DNA of 64,000 nt, from positions 5,601 to 69,600 of the forward strand of contig JBMSQQ010000002.1 in NCBI GenBank assembly GCA_049423385.1, read 5' to 3'. This stretch comes from Silvanigrellaceae bacterium (GTDB taxonomy: Bacteria > Bdellovibrionota_B > Oligoflexia > Silvanigrellales > Silvanigrellaceae). Position numbers and translations under genes: made by a program. A model generated the notes under the pieces. That model saw only the letters and a program-made list of their open reading frames with translations, was not told the origin of the DNA and did no database searches. Positions 28,434-37,781 of this stretch are shown here, piece after piece. Every line of letters begins with the position of its first letter. Positions within the stretch are counted from its first letter, which is position 1.

Positions 28434-29186
28434 TTATTGCTTCGAAGCAAAGATCGCTTCCATTTCCTTGCGGATGAGCGCCATTTTTTCTGAACGGACT
28501 TCCGCAGGGATTTGATAAGGGTTGCGGAAGTAGCTTGTTTCATCCAATTCGCTGCGCACGAATTTGGTTTGGTATGTCACGTTGGCAGGGTTGTTGTCGT
28601 CGGCAGTCGAATACTGCTTGAGGATGTTTGGCGAGATGAAATCACGGATCGAACTGATGTCATGATCCATGTACAGCTTGCCGCCGTCCTTGCTGCGGGT
28701 GAATCCGCGCACAACGTAGTCGCAAACAACCACGTCGCTTTCAAATGCCTTGAACATGAAGTCGAGCGCGTAAAGCGGGCTGATGCTGCCGCAGGTTGCA
28801 ATGTCGATGTCGACACGGAACGAGCAGATACCCTGCGGGTCGAGGCTGTCGGGATAGGTGTGCGCACAGATGTGGCTTTTGTCGAGATGGATGTTGACGG
28901 TGCTCTGGGCCATCAGGTTGGCGTGCTCGCCCGCCTTGGCATCGCTCATGAGCAGGACCACGCTGGCTCCCCAAGGGTCAAAATCTTTGCTGGAAACATT
29001 CAGCACGGTCGCGTCCATGATTTCGGCGATGCGAATCAGCATGGCTTCAATTTGTTTAGCACTGTAGCGTTCGTCAATGTATCGGATATAAGATGCACGT
29101 TCTTCTTCATTTGTGGCCACTGCAAAATCGTACAGGTTGAAGCTCAGGGCTTTTGTCAGGTTGTTGAAGCCGAGGATTTGAGACAT
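28434..29186 (-). CDS. speD: S-adenosylmethionine decarboxylase proenzyme (E. coli-type, class 1B)
   Basis: GFNNLTKALSFNLYDFAVATNEEERASYIRYIDERYSAKQIEAMLIRIAEIMDATVLNVSSKDFDPWGASVVLLMSD aligns by eye with E. coli SpeD (HGFNNLTKSLSFCIYDICY...). Start ambiguous: ATG at 29186 (MSQILGFNN, preferred by homology) or GTG at 29225. Confidence 0.88.
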   Translation of the reverse strand: MSQILGFNNLTKALSFNLYDFAVATNEEERASYIRYIDERYSAKQIEAMLIRIAEIMDATVLNVSSKDFDPWGASVVLLMSDAKAGEHANLMAQSTVNIHLDKSHICAHTYPDSLDPQGICSFRVDIDIATCGSISPLYALDFMFKAFESDVVVCDYVVRGFTRSKDGGKLYMDHDISSIRDFISPNILKQYSTADDNNPANVTYQTKFVRSELDETSYFRNPYQIPAEVRSEKMALIRKEMEAIFASKQ

Positions 29187-29338
29187 CGCATTGATTCCAC
29201 ATGAAAAATTGTTGAGTTCCGACACACGCGGGCATATCGCCCGAACGGGGTGTGCTACATCAGGAGACTGTTGGGTTCAACAGGTTTGTGCTACCTTTGG
29301 GGATGCTTCCGCAGTCAATATCAAAGGACGAAACAACG

Positions 29339-30769
29339 ATGGACGTTAAGTCTGGCCTATTTCTTGTCCTGACCGACGATGCCGAACTGGTTTCAACGCT
29401 GGTTCATCTTCAGCCTCGCGGCATGCATGTGCGGGTCTGGTGTCCTGCCAAAGCCTCAACCTTGCAGGACGAGCTTATCGAGGCCTGTGAGGCCATCGGG
29501 GGCGGCGATCTGATTGCCAAGGGCGAACTTGGCAAAACCAACTTTTACAAGCAGTGGGACGAATACGATCCGATCTGTGTGGTTCTGGCCTTTCGCGATG
29601 CGGACGAACACCGCATGGCCCGCCGGCACATTCTCGATGACCTGCCAGAGGCCATCATTTTGTCCCTGAAGCACGGTCATCCCGAGGAAAGTCCGCGCCA
29701 GCTTGCAGGCGGACGCGAACTCATTCTGACCTGGGCGGAACTCCTGAGCCGGCCCGTGGGAGCCGAACTGAGGCACATTCAGACGACCCACCTCGTGAAA
29801 GAGGTTCGCCAGGTTCTGGGCGAGGGCGACAGGATTGCCTTGCTGGTTCAGCCTGATCCCGACCCGGACGGCTTGGCATCGGCACTGGCTCTGCGGACGA
29901 TTTTGGGCAGAAACAAGGTTTCGACCCCGATTGTGAGTTTTGGCAAGGTCACCCGACCCGAAAATCTCGCCATGATGCGCTTGTTGGATATCGAAGTTGT
30001 TCGCGTGACTCCAAAAGAACTTGCTGAATTTGATCGGGTGGCAATGCTCGACACGCAGCCGTCCCACTTCGGATTCCCCCTCGAGCGGGTGGATGCCGTG
30101 ATCGACCACCACCCGACATCCAATGGCAATCCCTATCCGCACATTCCATTTGTGGATATTCGCCACCAATATGGCGCAACCTCCACAATTCTCACGGAGT
30201 ATTTGCGTGCAGCGGCCTGTTCGATTGGGCAGAGACTTGCAACTGCATTGTTATATGGCATAAAGGCGGATACGCTCCTGCTAAACCGAGAAGTGATTGA
30301 TGCCGACCTCGACGCTTTTGTGTCGCTGTACCCGAGCATCAACTACAACCTTCTCAGGCGCATCGAAAAGCCTGAGTTGCCGATGAAGTTTGCACCCGTG
30401 CTTGCGGATGCACTGCGTCAGATGGTCTGTGAATCGGGAGTGGTTGTGAGCTGCCTTGGACAGGTGGAGCGCGAGGATTTGATTCCCCAGGTTGCCGACT
30501 TTCTTCTTCAGTTTGAAGACGTGGAGTGGGTTGTTTGCGCGGGCTTGTTTGATGGCAATGTGGTTATGAGCGTTCGCAATGTGGGCTATGTGAAGAACGC
30601 GGGTGATGTGGTCAAGCGGGTGATCAACGGTTGGGGACTCGGTGGAGGCCACAGAACGATGGCCAAGGCGATTTTTCCCCAGGCGGAATGGAAAAACCGC
30701 TATGGCAGTTTGTCCGTGACAGCCGTTCGCGACGTTGTGTTGAGTTTGTTTCTTCAGGAGGCGGTGTGA
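29339..30769 (+). CDS. DHH/DHHA1-family phosphoesterase (NrnA-like) with an extra N-terminal domain
   Basis: DHH motifs LLVQPDPDPDGLASALAL, LDTQP and VIDHHP. DHHA1 motif GWGLGGGHRTMAKA. ATG at 29339 (MDVKSG). Confidence 0.72.
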   Translation: MDVKSGLFLVLTDDAELVSTLVHLQPRGMHVRVWCPAKASTLQDELIEACEAIGGGDLIAKGELGKTNFYKQWDEYDPICVVLAFRDADEHRMARRHILDDLPEAIILSLKHGHPEESPRQLAGGRELILTWAELLSRPVGAELRHIQTTHLVKEVRQVLGEGDRIALLVQPDPDPDGLASALALRTILGRNKVSTPIVSFGKVTRPENLAMMRLLDIEVVRVTPKELAEFDRVAMLDTQPSHFGFPLERVDAVIDHHPTSNGNPYPHIPFVDIRHQYGATSTILTEYLRAAACSIGQRLATALLYGIKADTLLLNREVIDADLDAFVSLYPSINYNLLRRIEKPELPMKFAPVLADALRQMVCESGVVVSCLGQVEREDLIPQVADFLLQFEDVEWVVCAGLFDGNVVMSVRNVGYVKNAGDVVKRVINGWGLGGGHRTMAKAIFPQAEWKNRYGSLSVTAVRDVVLSLFLQEAV

Positions 30770-31710
30770 TGTATCCGACGGACAGAGACTTTTCCAAAGA
30801 CAAGTCAAAGCCATCGTTGCCCAAGTCATCACCATTAAGAAGACGCCTGACTTCGCGCTTGCAGCCACTGCACGGCGGCATGGGGTTTGGTTCCAATGCG
30901 ATTCGTGAGCGAGCCATGGTTGTGGCGCGTCAGGCAACCCAGAAAAGAGCTCAGGCTGGCCAAACTTTTCAGCCAACCGGCGACAAGCATCTCATGGGCC
31001 CTCAAGGTGAAGGTTTGCAGTTCACCGAGGAAATCACGGTTGTCCGCGGGGTGGAAAGGTTACCGGAACTCACTGAAATCGATCTTCCCGAGAAGTTCGC
31101 ATTTCGGCGCGAATCCATGAACGACAAGATTCGACTTTCAGCCGCGGCGCAGGTGGAAAAGCAGGCGAGATTGGTGGCTGAACAAGCTATCGCAAAAGCT
31201 GCACCCGTGCCTTCGATCAAATCATTCATTTCTGCCACCCGAAGAGTCCAGCCACCCAGCCTGCTGCAAAGTCTACTGGCCTGGTTTTTCGATTCGCTGG
31301 TTGTGGTTTCGTGTCTGGTTGTCGGCTTCACAGTTTCGGCAAGCGTTCCATTTGTGGGCTTGCTCGCGCACAAATTCCCGACACTCATCAAGGTTCCCGT
31401 CCCCGGCTCGGTTCAATTCGGATCGCTGGGATGGATGATGTTGATGATGCAGACTTTGGCCGTTGCTTCCACATTGCTGTTTTTTGTCCAGACGATTGCT
31501 GGTGTTTTTCTGTCTGCATCGATTGGTCGTGCCATTGCGAATGTGCAGATTGCTTCGAGTCGCTCGGCTTTGGGCCGTGGCCTCAAGATTGGCTTTGGTG
31601 AATTGTTGCAATGGCCGTTCGCTTTCGGGCTTTTGAACGCAATTGTGTCGCCGGAACATAATTTTATACTGCGCTCCGTCCGCTGGGCGCGCGGCGGCAC
31701 ACAGGACTGA
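30769..31710 (+). CDS. Membrane protein, possibly RDD-family
   Basis: The ATG at 30769 overlaps the upstream stop (TGATG). A soluble N-terminal ~170 aa is followed by 3 hydrophobic segments (LLAWFFDSLVVVSCLVVGF..., LGWMMLMMQTLAVASTLLFFVQTIAGVFL...). The family call is weak. Confidence 0.45.
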   Translation: MYPTDRDFSKDKSKPSLPKSSPLRRRLTSRLQPLHGGMGFGSNAIRERAMVVARQATQKRAQAGQTFQPTGDKHLMGPQGEGLQFTEEITVVRGVERLPELTEIDLPEKFAFRRESMNDKIRLSAAAQVEKQARLVAEQAIAKAAPVPSIKSFISATRRVQPPSLLQSLLAWFFDSLVVVSCLVVGFTVSASVPFVGLLAHKFPTLIKVPVPGSVQFGSLGWMMLMMQTLAVASTLLFFVQTIAGVFLSASIGRAIANVQIASSRSALGRGLKIGFGELLQWPFAFGLLNAIVSPEHNFILRSVRWARGGTQD

Positions 31711-31862
31711 TCCGCTTTTGTAGCTAATATCTCTGTAAATTGATATCCTCCGCGCCTGTGTCGGCTTGTACTCTGTCGGGCCTGTGCTATTCAGGGGCCG
31801 CAGATGGCTTCTCATTATTTTTGTTGACTCAATTGGTATTCAATTCATCAAAGGGGTTGTTT

Positions 31863-34064
31863 ATGGCGACTGGTAAGACGACTGCTCACGTTCCCGGTGT
31901 TCGCACAATCGAACGTCCACGCAATGTTGATGGCACCTTGGCCCGCATAGCCGATTTTTATGGGTCCAATGTTTTTGATTTGCGTGCGATGGGGAAAAAG
32001 TTGAGTTCCCACGACCTTGAAACCATGGGCAAGGTGATGAAACTGGGTGGCAAGATCGACTCCACCTTGGCCGAACGCGTTGCTTCTGCTGCACGCGAGT
32101 GGGCGATTGAAAAAGGCGCCACCCACTATTGCCACTGGTTCCAACCCCAAACAGGCACGACTGCCGAAAAGCACGATGCGTTCCTGTGGCTCGACAAAAA
32201 CGGACATCCCATTGAGCGGTTCACCGGCAAGGAATTGCTCCAGAGCGAACCGGATGCGTCCAGTTATCCATCCGGCGGCATGCGCTCCACGTTTGAAGCC
32301 CGCGGTTACACGAGTTGGGACCCCAGCAGTCCCATGTTCGTCATGGAAACCGAGAATGGCCGCACACTTTACATTCCTTCGGTGTTCATCAGCTACCACG
32401 GCGATGCACTCGACTTCAAAACGCCTTTGCTCCGCTCCAATGAGTCTTTGGGCAAGGAAGCGGTGAAGATGCTTCACCTTCTGGGCGAGAAGAACGTGAC
32501 GAGTGTCATCACCACGGTTGGTGCTGAGCAGGAGTTTTTTCTTGTTGCGCGCGAACAAGCGATGGCCCGCCCCGACATCCGCCTTTCGGGCCGCACGGTT
32601 TTTGGCAAGCGTCCTGCGAAAGGTCAGGAACTCGAGGATCATTATTTTGGTCATATCCCAACCCGCGTTCACGCGTTCATCAATGAACTCGAAGTTGAAC
32701 TCTACAAGGTTGGTGTGCCAATCAAGACTCGCCATAACGAAGTTGCACCTGGCCAGTTTGAAGTTGCGCCGATTTTCGAAGGCTCAAACATTGCCGCTGA
32801 CCACAACCAGTTGCTGATGAAGGTGCTCCGCACTGTTGGTGCGCGTCACAACTTCACAGTTCTGTTGCACGAGAAACCCTTCTCTGGCGTCAACGGAAGT
32901 GGAAAGCACGTCAACTGGTCGATGTCCGACTCCACGGGCCGCAACCTTTTGGAGCCAGGAAACACACCTCACCAGAATCTTGTCTTCCTCACAGCGCTTT
33001 GCGGCGTGATGCAGGGAATCTACGACCACGCCGATGTACTTCGTGCGTCTGTTGCTTCGACAGGAAACGATCACCGCCTGGGCGCAAACGAAGCTCCTCC
33101 GGCCATCATCAGCTGCTTCCTGGGCGACACACTCGACAGGATTCTCAACGCCATCGAGGCCGGCAAAGGCGACAACGTTTCTGCAGAGCGCGCTTTGCTT
33201 GACCTTGGCGTCAATCACCTTCAGCACGTGGCACTCGACAACACCGACCGCAACCGTACGTCACCTTTCGCCTTCACCGGCAACAAGTTTGAATTCCGTG
33301 CAGTGGGTTCAAGTGCACCCATCAGCTTCCCGACTGCGATTCTCAACGCTGCAGTGACTTCGGGTCTGGCCAAGGTGAATGCCAAGTTGGCAGCACGCGC
33401 CAAAGGTGGGGCTGTGTCGCCTGAAGCCAATTTCGAAGTTCTCCGCGAAGTTATCCGCGACACACGCAACATCAGGTTCGAAGGCAATGGATACTCGCAG
33501 GAATGGCGCGACGAGGCAGCCCGCCGTGGTCTTGGCAACTATGCCGACACTCCGTCTGCTCTCGGCGTCTGGACAGACACCAAGAAGACCGGCTTCCTCG
33601 TGGAAACGGGCACCTTGACTGCGACAGATTTGGAAAGCCGTTCTGCAATTCAGTGGGAGCGCTACATCAAGCAACGCCTCATTGAAATCAATGTTGCCAT
33701 CGAGATGGCTCAGACTGGCATTCTGCCAACGACTCTTGGCTACCTTGGTGAGCTCGTGTCGCTCGGCGAAGCTTCTGCCCGCTTGCACATTTCGACCCCG
33801 GCACAAAAGCTGGCTGGCGAATTGGGGCAATTGACAGTGCGCTTTGAAACAGCGCTTTCGAGCTTGCGCACCGCTTATGAGCGCGTCACTGCAGGCGATG
33901 CGTTGGACCATCACGAGTTGCCAAAAACCGCCAAGGCCATCGCCGACCAGTTGTTGCCAAAGCTTGAAGAGCTGCGCACAACCGCAGATCAGATCGAATC
34001 GATTGTGCCAAGCAGCAAGTGGCCGTTCCCGACGTATCAGGACATGCTCTTTCCTGCCGACTGA
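31863..34064 (+). CDS. glnN: Glutamine synthetase type III
   Basis: 733 aa. N-terminus FYGSNVFDLRAMGKKLS...WAIEKGATHYCHWFQPQTGTTAEKHDAF, plus EQEFFLV, HNEVAPGQFEVAPIF, LLHEKPFSGVNGSGKHVNWS and NDHRLGANEAPPAIIS are GSIII hallmarks. The ATG at 31863 is preferred over the ORF-track start at 31740. Confidence 0.9.
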   Translation: MATGKTTAHVPGVRTIERPRNVDGTLARIADFYGSNVFDLRAMGKKLSSHDLETMGKVMKLGGKIDSTLAERVASAAREWAIEKGATHYCHWFQPQTGTTAEKHDAFLWLDKNGHPIERFTGKELLQSEPDASSYPSGGMRSTFEARGYTSWDPSSPMFVMETENGRTLYIPSVFISYHGDALDFKTPLLRSNESLGKEAVKMLHLLGEKNVTSVITTVGAEQEFFLVAREQAMARPDIRLSGRTVFGKRPAKGQELEDHYFGHIPTRVHAFINELEVELYKVGVPIKTRHNEVAPGQFEVAPIFEGSNIAADHNQLLMKVLRTVGARHNFTVLLHEKPFSGVNGSGKHVNWSMSDSTGRNLLEPGNTPHQNLVFLTALCGVMQGIYDHADVLRASVASTGNDHRLGANEAPPAIISCFLGDTLDRILNAIEAGKGDNVSAERALLDLGVNHLQHVALDNTDRNRTSPFAFTGNKFEFRAVGSSAPISFPTAILNAAVTSGLAKVNAKLAARAKGGAVSPEANFEVLREVIRDTRNIRFEGNGYSQEWRDEAARRGLGNYADTPSALGVWTDTKKTGFLVETGTLTATDLESRSAIQWERYIKQRLIEINVAIEMAQTGILPTTLGYLGELVSLGEASARLHISTPAQKLAGELGQLTVRFETALSSLRTAYERVTAGDALDHHELPKTAKAIADQLLPKLEELRTTADQIESIVPSSKWPFPTYQDMLFPAD

Positions 34065-34065
34065 T

Positions 34066-35325
34066 TCACCAGTTTTCGGGATTTCGTCCGATGATGATCG
34101 CTGCCAGGACCTTGGGGACATAATCCAGGGTTTCCTTTGGCAGCGTTTCTTTTAGATGCCAGAAATCGACTTGCTTCGAAATTTTTATGCTCTGGCTGAT
34201 TTCCTGACGCTTGATGCGGTTTTGTCCGGCGTTGTAGGCCGCGAGTGCCAGCAGGTAGCGCTTGTTTCCAAACATACCCAGAAGAGAATTCAAATAGCGG
34301 GCAGCGGCGTGTGTACTGGCCTCGACATGCCTACGAGCATCTGCTCCCTGTTCCGCATTGTTGATGAGTCCATATTCCTGCGCTGTGCTGTCGATGAATT
34401 GCCACATTCCCACTGCGCCGGCGTGGCTAATCGCCTGCGTGTCGAACGCCGATTCGACCCACGCGATGTAACCCAGCTCTGTGGGGAGTCCGTGGATCTG
34501 GAGAATTTTCTGAATTTTTTCCCAGACCAAATCACGCTTGCGCAAAAGCTCACGATGCCGGTCGTTTTTTGTGTAAAAGTTTATCCAATGCTCAACCTGC
34601 GCGACAAATTGGGGATCCATTGCCGAGGGTGGGATTTCCCCGAAGCGCTGTGAAATGTTGACAATTTCGTCCCAGACATAATGGCTGGCAACCAAGGGGA
34701 CATCAGTGTTTGAATTTGCACTGTTGCTCAGTGTGATTTTGATGTCGCGACTCTGGCTTTCACCCGGTTTGCCGATGACAAACTCGTTCTTTGGAAGCAA
34801 TGTGCCCGTAGGAGCAGTGCGGGCAAAAACGTTGTTTGGCGAGTCATAGACCTGCCAAAGACTGAAACAGAGACCGCCGATGCAAAATCCTGCAACTGTA
34901 AACCAAAGCGGAGCTGTCATGCTGAATGCGCTCGCGCCATGTTGAACGGGTTTCTGGATCAGCTCGAATCCAGAAGTGATTCCCGGTGGCAAACTCGATT
35001 CGAGGGTAGACCAAACTTGAATCATGCACGTGGTGTTGAGCCCCAGTTGCAGGGCATCACCTTCGCGAAGGCGTCCTTCCTGCTTTATCTTTTTGCCATT
35101 GATTCGTGTGCCGTTGGTGCTGTTGAGATCGGTGATTGTGAGCTTTCCGTTGGGATGAAGGCAAATGGCAGCGTGTCTTCTGCTGACCGTGGGATCTCCG
35201 TCAACCCTGATGTCGGCCTCGGAGAGCGATCCCATGATATATGTTTGTCCTGGGATCAAAGTGAACTGTCTTGAGTTCATTGGACCATTGGTGAACCGCA
35301 GCAGAAATGGATAGTTGTTTTTCAT
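34066..35325 (-). CDS. FHA domain - TM - periplasmic lytic transglycosylase (SLT) fusion
   Basis: N-terminal FHA: FTLIPGQTYIMGSLSEADIRVDGDPTVSRRHAAICLHPNGKLTITDLNSTNGTRINGKKI. TM: APLWFTVAGFCIGGLCFSLW. SLT motifs: IAWVESAFDTQAISHAGAVGMWQFI and LALAAYNAGQNRI. Confidence 0.85.
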   Translation of the reverse strand: MKNNYPFLLRFTNGPMNSRQFTLIPGQTYIMGSLSEADIRVDGDPTVSRRHAAICLHPNGKLTITDLNSTNGTRINGKKIKQEGRLREGDALQLGLNTTCMIQVWSTLESSLPPGITSGFELIQKPVQHGASAFSMTAPLWFTVAGFCIGGLCFSLWQVYDSPNNVFARTAPTGTLLPKNEFVIGKPGESQSRDIKITLSNSANSNTDVPLVASHYVWDEIVNISQRFGEIPPSAMDPQFVAQVEHWINFYTKNDRHRELLRKRDLVWEKIQKILQIHGLPTELGYIAWVESAFDTQAISHAGAVGMWQFIDSTAQEYGLINNAEQGADARRHVEASTHAAARYLNSLLGMFGNKRYLLALAAYNAGQNRIKRQEISQSIKISKQVDFWHLKETLPKETLDYVPKVLAAIIIGRNPENW

Positions 35326-36848
35326 GAATCACCACACGTGAAGAGCATCTGCAAATCGCCGAGTTGAATGACGGAACCGTGACCAATAATTCTGAATTTA
35401 TTGAGTGGCCGACCATTGACGGCCAGACCGCCGTTGGAAAAGTCTTCAAGCAAGGCCTTGTCACCCTGAAACGAAATGCAGCCATGCCTGCGCTTAATTC
35501 CATGTCCCTTGATCATCAGGTCGCATTTGTATCCGCGACCAAAAACAACAGAGTGCTGCCTGATGATAAATTCCCGCCCCCGGTCTTTTCCATTGAGCAT
35601 GACCAACAATGGGCCCTGTCTGGAGCTTGTCTTCTCCGGGAAATCTTCAGTGGAAAAAATCCCGGCTTCCATTCTTTTCATGTGCCTCAGGGTCACGACA
35701 AAGCCGATTGCGATTGAGGTGAGAAGCCATTCAATCCATGCGTTGAGCGCCAGGCTGGCTTTTGTATCAACCGAATTGAATCGGGGTGGAGGACTTGCCT
35801 TCCTGGTGCTCTCATCGCTTTTTTGAACGTTTGAAGTTTTTCTTTCTTCAGGGGAAAAACGCACCACTGATGGGAGCGATGTAAACCTGATGCCATGATA
35901 CAAAGCCGACAACCTCAAGGATGACTCTGGTTTTCCGTTGCCCTGGAGTGTGGATTGCGGGACTTGAGCCGTGACAATGTACTCTTTATCCAGAATATTG
36001 CGTGTCGCCTGCAAGGCCCGGAATGCTCCCTGCAGATCGACAACCCTGAAGACGGTGCCTTTTTCGAGAGCTTCTGGAGTTTGTGTCCAGTGGCGCTGTA
36101 AAAAAGTCTCCGGCCGGGCAAAAACAATTTGATGAATTGCAACATCCATCTGCAAGAGTCGCTTCACACACGATTCGTTTGCAATCTGTTCCGCGCTGGA
36201 TGTGGCCGCTGATCCACCCATCAGGATGAGTGTTTTTTGATCTGATTTTTTCAATCCAGCTGAATTCCATTTGTCAAATTTAAGCGCAGCTGTGCAGAGC
36301 GCAGAGTCGGTGAAGACAGAGTCTGGAGAAACCAAAACCGAATCGGCAAGCAGCCGACGCTGCAACGCCAGGCTGTTGTCCTGGTGATCTGTGTCAATCA
36401 GCACCCGCTCAAAGACTTTTTTCGGAGCAACTCCAAGGATGGACAAAAAATCGGCGCTGAAGCTCGCAAATTCCTGAGCGGTCAGCGAGCGAAGTCCCTT
36501 GTTCAATCCCTTCATGGTCTTGACGCCGTTCGCATCGTAGGCAAAGACAACAGCGCGATTGTTCCATCGTCTTGATGAGTCGAAGGTGGTCAGGCCGATT
36601 TGTGAATTGTTGACAACTTGATCGTCGACCAAAATCTGGAAGGAGTTTTTGTCGAGAGTCGAGATTGGGAATTTACCGCTTGCATCGACCTCAACAGCAG
36701 ATGCGCGAATTTTGAGATGGGTTCCACTTTCCCAATCAACTGAGCGCACTGTGAGCTTCCGTTCCTGGGCAGAGAATGCTGTTGGGGTGGCGATTGCAAG
36801 CACAGTGAAAAGCACAAATCGATTGGTTGTTTCGTGTTTTGCTTTCAT
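35322..36848 (-). CDS. Signal peptide - ~370-aa periplasmic domain (unknown, possibly vWA-like) - TM - cytoplasmic FHA domain
   Basis: Signal peptide FVLFTVLAIATPTAFSAQE. TM WIEWLLTSIAIGFVVTL. C-terminal FHA FIIRQHSVVFGRGYKCDLMIKGHGIKRRHGCISFQGDKALLEDFSNGGLAVNGRPL. 4-nt overlaps with both neighbouring genes. Confidence 0.75.
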   Translation of the reverse strand: MKAKHETTNRFVLFTVLAIATPTAFSAQERKLTVRSVDWESGTHLKIRASAVEVDASGKFPISTLDKNSFQILVDDQVVNNSQIGLTTFDSSRRWNNRAVVFAYDANGVKTMKGLNKGLRSLTAQEFASFSADFLSILGVAPKKVFERVLIDTDHQDNSLALQRRLLADSVLVSPDSVFTDSALCTAALKFDKWNSAGLKKSDQKTLILMGGSAATSSAEQIANESCVKRLLQMDVAIHQIVFARPETFLQRHWTQTPEALEKGTVFRVVDLQGAFRALQATRNILDKEYIVTAQVPQSTLQGNGKPESSLRLSALYHGIRFTSLPSVVRFSPEERKTSNVQKSDESTRKASPPPRFNSVDTKASLALNAWIEWLLTSIAIGFVVTLRHMKRMEAGIFSTEDFPEKTSSRQGPLLVMLNGKDRGREFIIRQHSVVFGRGYKCDLMIKGHGIKRRHGCISFQGDKALLEDFSNGGLAVNGRPLNKFRIIGHGSVIQLGDLQMLFTCGDS

Positions 36849-37642
36849 GTCGCGAATGCCACCTTTATGCTGCGAAACATGAATTCCCGGGTTCCAATTT
36901 TTATGATGTCACCATTCTCGAGTCCGGTTCCCGAGGTTGGGACTCCATTGACGTGCAGAACATCCGAGAGGGCAACGGGAACAATTGTCCAATTCTCGGT
37001 GTGGCGTGTTATGATGCAATGGCGCGGATTGAGATGTTCTTCCGGGAGATAAATTTCGACTCCTGGTTGGTTGCCAATCACGTTGTTTCCGAAAAACAAT
37101 CTGAAGTCCCGACCTTGTGCCTGCCCATTCAACTCCACGAGCCAGCCAACGGTGAATGGCGTTTGAGCGTTTGGCTTCTCCTTGAAAAACACAGCTTTCC
37201 TGGAAGTCGCCGGAACCGGAAGGAGCGGGACGAAGGCCAGCAGTTGTTCACCCAGTTGAATGATGTCGCCGTGGCAAAGCGGTGCAGCTTTTTCGCAGGG
37301 TTCGCCGTTGAGGAAAAGTGGTCTGTGGGTCGAACCTGGTTGCAGAATTGCAGACTCTCCCGAGAGAACATCTATAACGGCATGTTGTCTTCCGGTTTCG
37401 GGCGCGGTCACGACAACGTGGCAACGCGCCGATGAACCGATTGTGTTCGTTCCCGGGTAGAGCCTAAGATCTTCGCCCAAATGGGCGCCGTTGAGTCCGA
37501 CGAGCCATCCAGAGGTTGTGAGTGCGCGCCGCAGGCTTGGGTTTTGACCACGGGAAAATGCCAACGATTCATCAACCCAAGGCGTGCCGCAGGACTCAAA
37601 TGAATTCAGGAAATGTTGAGCGTCCAAAAAATGCGTATTCAT
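36845..37642 (-). CDS. Cytoplasmic protein with two tandem FHA domains
   Basis: FHA1: WLVGLNGAHLGEDLRLYPGTNTIGSSARCHVVVTAPETGRQHAVIDV...FLNGEP. FHA2: GWLVELNGQAQGRDFRLFFGNNVIGNQPGVEIYLPEEHLNPRHCIITR...LHVNGVP. No TM or signal peptide. Confidence 0.8.
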   Translation of the reverse strand: MNTHFLDAQHFLNSFESCGTPWVDESLAFSRGQNPSLRRALTTSGWLVGLNGAHLGEDLRLYPGTNTIGSSARCHVVVTAPETGRQHAVIDVLSGESAILQPGSTHRPLFLNGEPCEKAAPLCHGDIIQLGEQLLAFVPLLPVPATSRKAVFFKEKPNAQTPFTVGWLVELNGQAQGRDFRLFFGNNVIGNQPGVEIYLPEEHLNPRHCIITRHTENWTIVPVALSDVLHVNGVPTSGTGLENGDIIKIGTREFMFRSIKVAFAT

Positions 37643-37781
37643 GAAGCGAGCATACTGCGGGTCGACAAGGAAAATCCTGCCTCAAGGCCAATTTGTTGAA
37701 CCAGCAGGGTTGTTTTGCCGGGAGGTCTCGGGGACACTGACTGGTGCACTGCTCGACACGCCGATTTCTTGGAGGAATGTG

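Noticed and set aside
31711-31862. A possible glutamine riboswitch (glnA RNA) or sigma-54 promoter upstream of glnN
   Set aside because: I could not find the conserved glnA-motif core or a TGGCAC-N5-TTGC element in this 152-nt leader. Only covariance-model scanning could settle it.
31848-34121. Antisense ORFs of 295 aa and 270 aa opposite glnN. Similar cases lie opposite nuoF (54179..54904), speD (28512..29204), lon (43913..44629), the DHH gene (29456..30169) and the L,D-transpeptidase gene (27427..28185).
   Set aside because: In every case the opposite strand carries a gene with clear family motifs. The antisense translations are motif-free, and treating them as genes would require near-complete overlap.
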